Assembly (NCBI GenBank): GCA_002722135.1
Contig: PBKJ01000023.1
Span: forward strand, 3,278-67,277
Length of the DNA stretch: 64,000 nt
Source of the DNA: Methanobacteriota archaeon
GTDB lineage: Archaea; Thermoplasmatota; Poseidoniia; Poseidoniales; Poseidoniaceae
Reading direction: 5' to 3'
Shown here: positions 53,041 to 62,103 of the stretch, piece by piece
How positions within the stretch are numbered: position 1 is the first letter of the stretch
Layout: every line of letters starts with the position of its first letter
Notes under the pieces: model-generated
The model's input: only the letters and a program-made list of their open reading frames with translations
What the model was told of the DNA's origin: nothing
The model's database searches: none
Position numbers and translations under genes: made by a program

Positions 53041-54624
53041 TTAGGGCGTCAACGCGGGGCGTAGCACACCGTCGAGCGCCGTCAGCAGGGCCTCCATCTG
53101 TGCCGCCGCGCGAGGGTGGTCTGCACGGGCACTGAGGCTGGTTTTGGCCTGCGTGCCGCTGTTGCGCACCCCGAGGCTGAAGCGTGTGCCGTCAATCGTC
53201 CCTTGCACCAGGAGCAGGTTCGGCTCTGCGTCCAAACCACCTGCGGTGATCTCAACCGCATGCGGCAGCGCAGCGTGAACCGTCGCAAGCACCGCATCTG
53301 CCAGAGGTCCATCTCCAGTCCAACGTGAACGGTCAGCAGGTGCGATCGACACGCGTTTCTTCCATCCGCCCGCTTGGCGCACCGCGCCACGCCGCCCAAG
53401 CCCAGCAAGGAGCACCGCGACGAGGCTGGCAGCGCCGTCTCCAACCAGGGACCAACCGCTCGGGCAACGCGAGGGAAGCACAAGGTGGCCGGAGTCTTCG
53501 ACGCCAACCACACAAGGCGCTACGGCCTTGCTGGCGTCGGTCAAGGCCACTGAAAGCCAGCGGTCACCCACGGCCGTTTCCATCACGTGGCCGACATGGG
53601 GCATCGCTTGGGCGCTGCTGCTGAGGGCCAAATCCGATTCGATGGAAGCAGCCACGGTCCACGTTCGGTCTCGGGCGCCCGCCTCCAGCAAGCGCAAGGC
53701 CATGGCATCGCCGTCAACAACCGCAGGGCCGTCCGACTCGGCGACCAGCAACAAGCATCGGTCCCCGTCCCCGTCCAGAGCAGCGCCAAGCATCGTGCCT
53801 TCCGGTGCCCGTCGCACGTGACGCAACAGAAGGTGATCTTCCTCCGCCGCTTCCTCCCAGGTCCAGCGCTTGCCCGGAGCGAGCTCCCCCGCACCGCAAT
53901 CCCGGTTCATGGCGGCGGCTGCGTGACTGACTTCCTCAACGTGGAGCCCCCGTGCCTCGAGCCACGCTGGGAACCACCTGATGGCCGAGCCTCGGCTGAG
54001 GTCCAGCAGCAGAGGCATCGCCGAGTCGTGGACCAACGCGCCGTCGGTGTCTGGAAACATGCCACTGAGGTCCTCCATTCTGGCGTGCAACCAATCCGCA
54101 TGAGTCCCCTCGAATTCATCATCGCCGTGGTGTGCATCTGCCCCGTCGCCGATGAGGTGCAGCAAATCATGGTCCTCTTGGGCAAGGTCAAGCATCGTCC
54201 GCGTCAGCCGAACTTCAAGCTCAGGCGTCGATTTTCTCCCTGATGCGTCGAACACCTTCAGTCCTGAATCCTCGACAGGATTGTGGCTTGCGGTGATCAT
54301 CACGCCCGCATTTGCCTTCGTCTCCAGCAGCACGTGATGCACGAGCGGCGTTGCGCAGGTGCCCAGAAGGGTGACGTTCCAGCCTGCGGCCTCAAAAGCG
54401 TCCTGAACGGCGTGGACCAAGGCTGGATTCCCGGGTCGGTCGTCCCAGCCGATCACCACCTTGGCGTCTTCTGCATCCAGCGTTCGAGCCAGCGCTTGCC
54501 CCGCCAACCAAGCCAGTGGGAGGGTCAGGCGTCTCTCGTCGATCAGGGCATCGATGGCCTGACGCGCCCCACACGGTCGGAGGTCCACCTCGCCGCGGAT
54601 GCCGTCGGTGCCAAACACGTTCAT
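53041..54624 (-). CDS. phosphoglucomutase/phosphomannomutase-family protein (phosphoglucosamine mutase-like)
   Basis: Internal ATG 54624. Contains MNVFGTDGIRG, MITASHNPVEDSGLKVF (active-site Ser) and LDGDGDR (metal site). Confidence 0.85.
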   Translation of the reverse strand: MNVFGTDGIRGEVDLRPCGARQAIDALIDERRLTLPLAWLAGQALARTLDAEDAKVVIGWDDRPGNPALVHAVQDAFEAAGWNVTLLGTCATPLVHHVLLETKANAGVMITASHNPVEDSGLKVFDASGRKSTPELEVRLTRTMLDLAQEDHDLLHLIGDGADAHHGDDEFEGTHADWLHARMEDLSGMFPDTDGALVHDSAMPLLLDLSRGSAIRWFPAWLEARGLHVEEVSHAAAAMNRDCGAGELAPGKRWTWEEAAEEDHLLLRHVRRAPEGTMLGAALDGDGDRCLLLVAESDGPAVVDGDAMALRLLEAGARDRTWTVAASIESDLALSSSAQAMPHVGHVMETAVGDRWLSVALTDASKAVAPCVVGVEDSGHLVLPSRCPSGWSLVGDGAASLVAVLLAGLGRRGAVRQAGGWKKRVSIAPADRSRWTGDGPLADAVLATVHAALPHAVEITAGGLDAEPNLLLVQGTIDGTRFSLGVRNSGTQAKTSLSARADHPRAAAQMEALLTALDGVLRPALTP

Positions 54625-54634
54625 GGGCCCCACC

Positions 54635-55315
54635 TCAACGATGCCGCTGCTGTTCCATGTGCACACCGGTCACGGTGGTGTTCGGGTCCACCGTAGACAA
54701 CGGCCCAAGGACGCAACCCGGGTTGGTGACCACGTTGCAGCCAAGCTGAACGCCGTCGCCGAGGATGGCGCCAAACTTCCGCACGCCTGTGGCCACGCGT
54801 TCGTCGTCGATCCAGACGTGGACTTCACCACCGTCGTGGCGAAGGTTGGACAATTTTGCACCCGCACCGAGGTTGACGCCTGCGCCGAGGATGCTGTCGC
54901 CGACGTAGTTGAAATGCGGGGCTTTGGCGCCGGGCAGCAGGACGCTGTGTTTCACTTCCGTGCAGTGGCCAATGACGCTGTTTTGGCACGCCCAGGTCCA
55001 CGGTCGCACGTATGCGGCGTGACGGACCACTGCGCCTGCTTCAATCAGGCAGGGACCGATCAGGTGGACGCCGTTCTCGATGACTGCGTTGCGATGAACG
55101 GCCACGCGCCCCTCTTCCTCGTCCACGGTGTAATGGCCGCCATGACCGTCGATCAGCCCGTCTGCCGTATCGATGGCCGTGAGCAGTTGGGCCCGAAGCC
55201 CGTCCGGAGATGCCGGGTCGAGCAGGGACCAGACCGGTCCTTCCGGGAACCGGGGCCCAAGGCCCTGCGTGTGGCTGGGAAACAGGTCCGCAGCCCTCGG
55301 AAGGCGTGGCGCCAT
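54635..55315 (-). CDS. left-handed beta-helix acyltransferase (GlmU C-terminal-domain-like)
   Basis: Hexapeptide repeats are present (VIENGVHLIGPCLIEAGAVV...NYVGDSILGAGVNLGAGAKLSNL). There is no N-terminal nucleotidyltransferase domain. Confidence 0.7.
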   Translation of the reverse strand: MAPRLPRAADLFPSHTQGLGPRFPEGPVWSLLDPASPDGLRAQLLTAIDTADGLIDGHGGHYTVDEEEGRVAVHRNAVIENGVHLIGPCLIEAGAVVRHAAYVRPWTWACQNSVIGHCTEVKHSVLLPGAKAPHFNYVGDSILGAGVNLGAGAKLSNLRHDGGEVHVWIDDERVATGVRKFGAILGDGVQLGCNVVTNPGCVLGPLSTVDPNTTVTGVHMEQQRHR

Positions 55316-55354
55316 GCACCGGTGAGAGGACCACGCCGCATCAAGGTGCCGTGT

Positions 55355-55606
55355 TCACGACGCGACCCTGTAGAGCCGCTTGCCGGTGGTCGCGTCCAGC
55401 GTGAACGCCACGGCCTCCTTCAGGTATCTGGGGATGAAGTACCCCACCTTGCGGGCGGTCAGTCCGTGGTTGCGCATGCGTCGGACGTTGGCAAGGTAAT
55501 CCACGATGTCGGCTGCCGTGCAGTTGGGGTTGGTTTCCACATACGCGAGGATTTCATCCTTCAGACGTTCGAGTCGTGCGCTCTTCTGCGATCCCTTGCC
55601 GTGCAT
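55355..55606 (-). CDS. small winged-helix-like protein (83 aa)
   Basis: Internal ATG 55606; in-frame GTG 55630 is also possible. The product MHGKGSQKSARLERLKDEILAYVETNPNCTAADIVDYLANVRRMRNHGLTARKVGYFIPRYL is wHTH-like. The rest of the 259-aa track ORF is R/P-rich shadow sequence. Confidence 0.5.
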   Translation of the reverse strand: MHGKGSQKSARLERLKDEILAYVETNPNCTAADIVDYLANVRRMRNHGLTARKVGYFIPRYLKEAVAFTLDATTGKRLYRVAS

Positions 55607-55659
55607 GAAGACATATCGACGTCTGAGCACTTCAATGTAGCGTGGGAGGTCCCAAGCCC

Positions 55660-56475
55660 TTACCTGTGGACGTCGAGCACGTCGTGCCAATCGCAGGCCG
55701 ATCCGCGTCGGAAGACGTTCTCGTGAAATTCCCGCTGTGGGTAGTGCACACAACGCGCCAGCCGGCCGCGATGGTCGTAACAGCCACGGCGGACGTGCAC
55801 AGGGACCATGACGGTGGAGAGGTCGACCTCCGGTCCGGTGAACGTTGGTGCAGGTCGCTCCACGCGTTCCTCGGCACCGTCCCACTGGATGTCGTCTCGT
55901 GTCGGATGATCCAAGGGTTGTGTCTCCACATGCATACGGCCTTCTGCCGGGCGGACCGGCTTCCAGACGCCGGGCCGGTCTTCGGCCAACCACATCGTCA
56001 GGCGCTTCATTTCTGGCCGTGTGAAGAGGCCGAGGTGGGCCACTTCCCACCACCCGCGCGACCGTGCTAACGTCACGTGATGCAGTCCGGGTTGAATGTG
56101 CCGCGCATCTTGACCGTCCGTCCACGTGCGGCACAGGTCAGAAAGGCGCACGCGGAGGATGGGCGCCGCCTCACACCGAAGCGCAGCCAGCCGGTAGGGG
56201 TTGGCCAATTCTCCAAGCAACAGCAGCGGCCATCGTTCCTCGAGCGATGCGGCGCCATGTGCCTTGAGCAGCTCGGGCAAGGCCGTGCTTTCAGCGTCCG
56301 TGTACGACGCGGCCCAGGCCCTCAGGCCGCTCAGATCCAACGTGGCTTCGTGCGGCGTGGCCGGGGGCGTCAGCACCCAGGTGGCCTCCGGCGTGTGCAA
56401 CAGGTCGGTCTCAGGCAAAGCCACGGGGGACGATGCCGGACTGTAGGGCCAAAGCCGGGGGCTGCGACCGTCCAT
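55660..56475 (-). CDS. hypothetical protein (271 aa) with a C-terminal Cys/His cluster
   Basis: Normal coding composition. The C-terminus reads GCYDHRGRLARCVHYPQREFHENVFRRGSACDWH. I recognise no family. Confidence 0.55.
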   Translation of the reverse strand: MDGRSPRLWPYSPASSPVALPETDLLHTPEATWVLTPPATPHEATLDLSGLRAWAASYTDAESTALPELLKAHGAASLEERWPLLLLGELANPYRLAALRCEAAPILRVRLSDLCRTWTDGQDARHIQPGLHHVTLARSRGWWEVAHLGLFTRPEMKRLTMWLAEDRPGVWKPVRPAEGRMHVETQPLDHPTRDDIQWDGAEERVERPAPTFTGPEVDLSTVMVPVHVRRGCYDHRGRLARCVHYPQREFHENVFRRGSACDWHDVLDVHR

Positions 56476-56512
56476 GTGGCGTGGACCGGCCGATTCCCCA
56501 TCAATGCCCCGC

Positions 56513-56911
56513 TTAGGCGGAGAAGGTGTGAACCGATTGGCACGCGGGGCACGTCACCTTGATCGGACGCACGTTCGGGATGCCCAAGGCTGCGCCGCAG
56601 ACCGGGCAACGGAACGCTTGGTTGACCTGCGCTCTCCGCGCTTTCGCCTCTGTGCTCGGGTCGTACCCGTAACGGTATTGGGAGAGGTCGAGGCTTTCCA
56701 TGGCCGACGGCGGAGCTGGGACATCGGGGGCAGAGGCGAACGGCGGCTGCTCGGTTTGTGCCTCTGGTGCTGCGCCACCAAGATGGGCGTTGAGCGCCCG
56801 CTCCACCTCGGCAGGCGTCACGCCATAGGTTCGGGCGACGGCGTCCATGGCCAACATGCGGTCGTATCCCGACAGGGAAGCAAGCCGAACAAGGTCCTCT
56901 TGGCTGACCAT
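56513..56911 (-). CDS. UBA-like N-terminal domain / C-terminal zinc-ribbon protein
   Basis: The N-terminus EDLVRLASLSGYDRMLAMDAVARTYGVTPAEVERALNAHL is UBA-like. A Pro-rich linker follows, and the C-terminus is CPVCGAALGIPNVRPIKVTCPACQ (CxxC-x16-CxxC). Confidence 0.6.
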   Translation of the reverse strand: MVSQEDLVRLASLSGYDRMLAMDAVARTYGVTPAEVERALNAHLGGAAPEAQTEQPPFASAPDVPAPPSAMESLDLSQYRYGYDPSTEAKARRAQVNQAFRCPVCGAALGIPNVRPIKVTCPACQSVHTFSA

Positions 56912-56936
56912 GCCATGACCTGACCGGCACGTCGTT

Positions 56937-58127
56937 TCAGGCTTGCTCGGTTTCGCTCATGTCGGGCAGGCTTGGAGGGAAGGCCAAGGTGGTGGCCATG
57001 ACCCCCACAAAAGCGCACAGCACAACCGCCCCGAAGGTCGCATGCACCGTCCAACCGAACGGCGCCATGTGCAGGTTCGTGCCTTCCCACCAGGTGCCGC
57101 GTGGACCGCTGATGAACAAGGCGACCTGCAACACCACGGCCTGCAGGGCCACGGATGTGGCGACAAAGGATGCACGCCACCCTTTCGTCCACATGAACCG
57201 AAGCGCTTCCACGAGGAGAGCCCATGCAATGCCCATCACCGCCACGTCGCGGTCGAATTCAGCGTAGACCCATGCCCCGAGGGCATGGAATCCGAGGAGG
57301 ACGGCCAAAGCACCAGGCGCCGGCTCCCACCTGCGAAGGAACATCAGCAGGATGCCTGCCGTCAAGGCGGCCTGGAGCAAGAAGGACCTCATGCCGATGC
57401 CCAAGGCTTCGTTGTAGTCGTTGTTCCAACAGATGTCGTAGCCCTGCGTGTAGCAGTACTCGCCGATGCCGTCGATCCATGGATGGCTGTAGCGGACCAT
57501 CAGCAGAACGACGCACCACGCGGCACCGAGGCCGAAAATGGGCAGCGCTTGCGAGCGAAGGCCGCTTTGTCCGCTTTGCGGGTCCGCCCACGCCGACCAA
57601 AACGGGCCGGTGACGGACAGGATAAGCCCCGCAAACAGGCCAATATGGGTCGGTGACAACAGGATGTCCAAGCTGCTCTCCACGCCCAGCGTTTCGTGCC
57701 AGATCATGTCACCAAAGCCTGAGATGAAGAAGACGATGATGCCCCACACGCCAGGGCGATGCTCGGGTGCGACGTCGCTGAGCACGCCAAAGGGGCGGCG
57801 CAGCATTTCTCCGACGCCCCCTTCGGGCATGACCGCGTAGAAGATGTAAGCGCCGTATGCCGTGGCTCCTGAATACCACACCGCGTGCCATTCGGTGAAG
57901 AAGGTGTCATCCACGCGGCCGCCGATGTGCGCAAAGGCATCGATGAGCAAGCCTCCGAGGCACCACAAGCCAAGCACGAGGATGATCCCGTCGTAGAACC
58001 GCTCGCCGGGCTTGGGCAAGGCCCCCCATCGCCGATGCAGGAGGAACATGAGGAGGCCAGCGGCCAAAAGAGAACCGAAGTAGATCTGTGGGAAGATGTT
58101 GTGCGCTTCTTCGTGCGTTCCTGCCAT
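56937..58127 (-). CDS. polytopic membrane protein with conserved-looking intramembrane His residues
   Basis: The 396-aa product has about 10 TM helices. His-containing motifs include DAFAHIGG, FFTEWHAVWY, GDMIWHETLG and LSPTHIGL. Confidence 0.65.
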   Translation of the reverse strand: MAGTHEEAHNIFPQIYFGSLLAAGLLMFLLHRRWGALPKPGERFYDGIILVLGLWCLGGLLIDAFAHIGGRVDDTFFTEWHAVWYSGATAYGAYIFYAVMPEGGVGEMLRRPFGVLSDVAPEHRPGVWGIIVFFISGFGDMIWHETLGVESSLDILLSPTHIGLFAGLILSVTGPFWSAWADPQSGQSGLRSQALPIFGLGAAWCVVLLMVRYSHPWIDGIGEYCYTQGYDICWNNDYNEALGIGMRSFLLQAALTAGILLMFLRRWEPAPGALAVLLGFHALGAWVYAEFDRDVAVMGIAWALLVEALRFMWTKGWRASFVATSVALQAVVLQVALFISGPRGTWWEGTNLHMAPFGWTVHATFGAVVLCAFVGVMATTLAFPPSLPDMSETEQA

Positions 58128-58150
58128 GGCGGCAATTGTGGCTTGTCGCG

Positions 58151-58158
58151 ATATAAAG
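58151..58158 (-). promoter_or_regulatory. TATA box (CTTTATAT on the minus strand) centred about 27 bp upstream of ATG 58127
   Basis: This is the best consensus TATA in the window. The spacing implies a leaderless mRNA. Confidence 0.5.
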
Positions 58159-58223
58159 GGTCAAGTCACAGCGGTGAAACTCAGCGAGGGTTTGCCAGCC
58201 TACACCGATGGAGCCGATACCGT

Positions 58224-59342
58224 TCACACGCCGCGGTACGGAGTGTTGTACGGTTGCCGTTCCTTGAGGCTGCGGTTGACCACCATGGCGAACCACAGCA
58301 CGACAATCCAGATCATGGGCATCGTCAACTCGCTGAGGATGCTTTGGACTTCGAACGTGAACTCCCCGGCGAGGACTTCGCTGGCGATGGTCAGGGACGA
58401 ATCCACGAAGGAGTAGACGACGAGGCCGAAAATCGAGAGGATGATCATGCGTCCGGAGAAATTGCCTCGCTTGATGCGCAGCATCATGAATCCGGCCGTC
58501 GAGGTCAGGAAGGCCAGCACGATCCACGCCAGGGCGCTGTGCAGGGTTTCCAGCCACACGGACGCCGACGCGGCGGCCGTTTCGGTCAGCAACTCGTATT
58601 GTCGCCAACCCTCGGCCACCGCAAAGAGCGCGCTAAAGAGGGTGGCCGTCCAAAGCAGCGACGTGAACATCGCCGCGTCGGCGTTTTCACGCATCTCCTG
58701 CATCACGCGGTTGACGTTGTCGTCAATCCCTGCGCCTTTGGCGAAAATGTACAGTCCGGTGAGCAGCGGCAGGCCGCCCAGCACCACGCTGCCAATAGCG
58801 TCGGGCAACATCACGCCAAGGCCGAGGATGGCCAGGATCAGGCCCGCGGGGATCATGAAGCGGGAGCGCCACTTTGGATCTTCAAGCGCCTTGACGATGT
58901 AGTAGTAGGTGCCCTCAATGCCCTTGGACTGTTTGACGATGATCTTCTCGATGTGCTCGATCTTGACCCGGGACTGAATCAAGGGAAGCACGGCCTCGTC
59001 CTCGGCGCCGTCGGTCACGACGATGCAGCGGTCGGGTTGGAAGGCGTTGACCACCTCGTCAAGTTGGGCCGAGATGGCGCGGTCGGAGCGTTGCCCGACC
59101 TTTTCGTCACCCGTGAGGACCGCGACCTCGACTTCGTCCTCTGCGCCTTTCGATTCGAGGAGGCGGTCGTACTGCGCCAAGGCACCCAAAATAGCGTTCG
59201 TGTCGCTTTCTTCCGGGTCCGCCATCCCGAGTTTGAGGGCCGCGGTCAACACGTTCCTTCGGTTGACCACAGGACCGCGAATGGACGTCTTGTTGCCAAG
59301 GTCATCGTCGCGGTCAACGGTCAGCACGAGGATGCGGTCCAT
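58224..59342 (-). CDS. DUF373-family archaeal membrane protein
   Basis: Internal ATG 59342. The product has a soluble N-domain (MDRILVLTVDRDDDLG...IVVTDGAEDE...) followed by about 7 TM helices. This architecture is characteristic of archaeal DUF373/COG2237. Confidence 0.8.
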   Translation of the reverse strand: MDRILVLTVDRDDDLGNKTSIRGPVVNRRNVLTAALKLGMADPEESDTNAILGALAQYDRLLESKGAEDEVEVAVLTGDEKVGQRSDRAISAQLDEVVNAFQPDRCIVVTDGAEDEAVLPLIQSRVKIEHIEKIIVKQSKGIEGTYYYIVKALEDPKWRSRFMIPAGLILAILGLGVMLPDAIGSVVLGGLPLLTGLYIFAKGAGIDDNVNRVMQEMRENADAAMFTSLLWTATLFSALFAVAEGWRQYELLTETAAASASVWLETLHSALAWIVLAFLTSTAGFMMLRIKRGNFSGRMIILSIFGLVVYSFVDSSLTIASEVLAGEFTFEVQSILSELTMPMIWIVVLWFAMVVNRSLKERQPYNTPYRGV

Positions 59343-59442
59343 GGTCGGCTCTGATGCGACGAGAGCGTTCCCTCCCTTCAAGACCTGTGTCGAATCATGT
59401 CAGCAGGAACGGAACTTCGCTCCCTTGGCACCTTCCGGCGCA

Positions 59443-60666
59443 TCAACCGTCGGTTGGCGGCGGAGCGTCGTGCTGCACGACAGCGGCTGCTTCCTCTTCC
59501 ATGCGCTGCTTCCAGCGCTGCTTTGAGCGCACGTACTTCAGCGGATGCGTCAACCATTCGCGGTCGCACAAGCGGTCGTCGCCGGGCAGGACAGGGCAGT
59601 TGTGGTTGACCTTCAACTTCGCACACCCGGCCGGCGTGTAGCCCTGTTCGTAGACGTGACCGACCTGGTAGGTGGTGGTGGCTTCGCTGAAGTCTGGAGC
59701 GCCACGGAAGAAGTCCACCGTGGTGGTCTGAGGCAATTCCATGGTCGACCCCATGGAGGCGAGGAACACACGGCCGAAGTGGTTCACGTTCACTCCATTG
59801 GCCAAATCGGCCACGATGCGGCGCATGCAAGGTGGCCAATCTTCCTCGTCCACACCGGCCAGTGCGATGCTTTGTTGCACACGTGCTTCCATCAGGTTGC
59901 GGACGATGCCGATGGGCAGGGCGAGGCGTGACGCCAACTCATCGTTGACCTCGGCCACTTTTTCGAGGGCATCGGCTTCAATGCCCGCTTTGATGCGCTC
60001 CCTGAGCAGTCGAGCCACCTTGGCCGACGAGCTGTACTGGGCCTCGCTGTGAAGTCGGATGCTGCCTTCGGACAGCTCGGTGTTGGCCAAGCGCCAACGG
60101 TCACCGGTGATCTTCGGGCACACCTCGATGAAATCGGCCATGCCAACGGTCCATTCGAGGTGCGGCAAGGCCGTGCCTCGCTCACCGCGCCCGCTGGGAC
60201 CGCGGTGCTCGCGCGAGTGGATGTCGGACATGTACGTCCTTGCGACCACAGGCAGGGCCCGCTCGTCGTTTCTCAGCAAGCGCTCGGCGCGCTGAGCTTC
60301 GGCCAGCGCCCATCGGGCGACAAGCCGCTCGTCGCGGGTGGCGCACACGACCAACCGAGCGTAGTAGAAGGAAAAGGCCTCGATGAGGCGTCCATTTTCA
60401 CTGTGCAGGTCTCCACCGGACAGGCTGACGCCCTCCTCGGCCTCGACGGTCTCGATGAGACGGATCCTGGCCCGCGCTCGAGCCGGTTCCATGAAGCTCC
60501 CTTCCAGCAATTCATCGAGCGTGATGCGGTGTTCACCGGCCAAGGCCGAAATCCATGGCGAGGCCTGCGGCAGGAAGGGATAGCGTGCCAACGTCACCAC
60601 GTCATCGACGGGTTCTGGCTCGCGTGGAACAGGCACGCAAAGGCACGGGTGGCCACCGCTTATCAT
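59443..60666 (-). CDS. priL: DNA primase large subunit PriL
   Basis: Internal ATG 60666. Contains ARYPFLP, DWPPCMRRI, HFGRVFLASM and the Fe-S cysteines (PPCM, GCAKL, NCP, RLC). The upstream 257 codons of the track ORF are antisense to mptE. Confidence 0.85.
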   Translation of the reverse strand: MISGGHPCLCVPVPREPEPVDDVVTLARYPFLPQASPWISALAGEHRITLDELLEGSFMEPARARARIRLIETVEAEEGVSLSGGDLHSENGRLIEAFSFYYARLVVCATRDERLVARWALAEAQRAERLLRNDERALPVVARTYMSDIHSREHRGPSGRGERGTALPHLEWTVGMADFIEVCPKITGDRWRLANTELSEGSIRLHSEAQYSSSAKVARLLRERIKAGIEADALEKVAEVNDELASRLALPIGIVRNLMEARVQQSIALAGVDEEDWPPCMRRIVADLANGVNVNHFGRVFLASMGSTMELPQTTTVDFFRGAPDFSEATTTYQVGHVYEQGYTPAGCAKLKVNHNCPVLPGDDRLCDREWLTHPLKYVRSKQRWKQRMEEEAAAVVQHDAPPPTDG

Positions 60667-60717
60667 CCTTCGACGCCAACCGCCCGCTTCAAGGACCGAC
60701 GACGTTCGTGGACGTCC

Positions 60718-61464
60718 GTGTTCCCTCCCGCTGCACCGCCCCTGCTGGCCGTGCAGGACGAGGTTCGTGCGGCCTTCGGTTGGTCGGTGGAGGATGACCA
60801 AAACAGCGCGCTGGCGCTGCATGCACAGATGTCTGCGGTCGCCCCTTACGGCGTTGAGGGCTGGGCCGCTCAGGCCCGTGACGCGGCCCTGCGAGATCTG
60901 CTCGCACGCTGTCGCGCAGCATCCCGCGTGGTGGTGGTTGGCGCTGCAGCGACCGTCGAGGACGTGAATGCCGCGGCAGGGCCGGAGACCATCTTCGTCG
61001 CCGCAGACGGAGCGGCAGGCGCGGTACCGGATGTGTTCCCGCTGGTGGCCGTGGTCAGCGACCTTGACGGTGGCGTTCATCTCCACGATGCGGTGCAGCG
61101 CGGCGTGACGGTCGTGCTGCATGCGCATGGCGACAACCGTGAGGCGTGGAAGAACCACCTTGCAGCGTGGGCCAAAAAGAGCAACCCGCCGCGTCTCGTG
61201 CTGACCCATCAGGTGCCTGAAACCATCGAGGGCATGCACAATCCGGGTGGGTTCACCGACGGGGACCGTGCCGTCTGTTTGCTTCGATGGATGGGGGTGA
61301 GCGACGACCGCCTGACCTTCGTGGGGTTCGCCATGGACCGTGTTGGCGCGTGGTCCGGCACCACCGATCCTGCACGAAAATTGGAGAAATTGACGTGGAT
61401 GGCCGAGGTTTTGCAACGTCTCGACTTGATGCAACACGCCTTGCCGATGGACGAGACCTCATAG
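60718..61464 (+). CDS. mptE: 6-hydroxymethylpterin diphosphokinase MptE-like (DUF115)
   Basis: Contains VVVGAAATV, FVAADGAAG, VVSDLDG and LHAHGDN. The start is approximate (GTG 60718 or 60751). Confidence 0.7.
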   Translation: MFPPAAPPLLAVQDEVRAAFGWSVEDDQNSALALHAQMSAVAPYGVEGWAAQARDAALRDLLARCRAASRVVVVGAAATVEDVNAAAGPETIFVAADGAAGAVPDVFPLVAVVSDLDGGVHLHDAVQRGVTVVLHAHGDNREAWKNHLAAWAKKSNPPRLVLTHQVPETIEGMHNPGGFTDGDRAVCLLRWMGVSDDRLTFVGFAMDRVGAWSGTTDPARKLEKLTWMAEVLQRLDLMQHALPMDETS

Positions 61465-61467
61465 CCA

Positions 61468-62103
61468 ATGGATTCACGTTCGTTCGATATGGCCGAGACA
61501 GGACTCCTTCGCGGGGTGCTGATGTGGGCGGTCGCCATTGCCGTGGTCAACGTGGCGTGGGCGTTGGTGGTGGACGGTGAAGCCGTCCGGGAACTCAACG
61601 ACGCCGACCACCCCTTCCAGGACAGCGTCCCCATTCCCGTTCAGGGCCTGCTTGGTGCCGAAGGCCCCCTTCCGGCCGTGTTTGAGGCCGAGTTCGAACA
61701 CTTGGCCGACCCGACCGCTGAGGTCGGATGGTCCATCACCTCGGCTGACGGGGCCCTGATTGCGGGCTGGAACGGAACCGTGCAAGAGGGGGCCAGCGGT
61801 TGGGAAGGCACGCTTCCGCCCGGAGACTACGTCCTGACCAGCTCCGGTCCTGATCAGGTCGTGGCGTACATGACCCTCACGCTGGAGCCGCTTGGCCCCA
61901 TGCGGGTGGAGGGCCACCTCTTCGCCACCTTGGGCCTCATCGTCATCGCTTTCGCCGACCGAGGCATCCGACGCTGGTTGGATTCCCGAGAATCCAAGGG
62001 TGTTGGGGAATCCATCCCCATCGGGTTTCGTGGCGTGCGGCCGCTGGTTGACGAAGATCCGGTTCACGTCGACGGGCAGTGGAGCCCTCCTGTTCGCGGA
62101 TGA
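61468..62103 (+). CDS. hypothetical bitopic/2-TM protein with a beta-rich ectodomain
   Basis: It starts 3 nt after the mptE stop. TM helices sit at both ends, with GWNGTVQEGASGWEGTLPPGDYVLT between them. Confidence 0.5.
   Translation: MDSRSFDMAETGLLRGVLMWAVAIAVVNVAWALVVDGEAVRELNDADHPFQDSVPIPVQGLLGAEGPLPAVFEAEFEHLADPTAEVGWSITSADGALIAGWNGTVQEGASGWEGTLPPGDYVLTSSGPDQVVAYMTLTLEPLGPMRVEGHLFATLGLIVIAFADRGIRRWLDSRESKGVGESIPIGFRGVRPLVDEDPVHVDGQWSPPVRG

Noticed and set aside
55607-56134. Upstream 176 codons of the 259-aa minus-strand track ORF
   Set aside because: This R/P/G-rich frame overlaps the better-composed 271-aa ORF (55660..56475). Only the last 83 codons look genuine.
60667-61437. N-terminal 257 codons of the 664-aa priL track ORF
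   Set aside because: It is antisense to the mptE-like gene. PriL homology (YPF...WPPCM) starts after ATG 60666.
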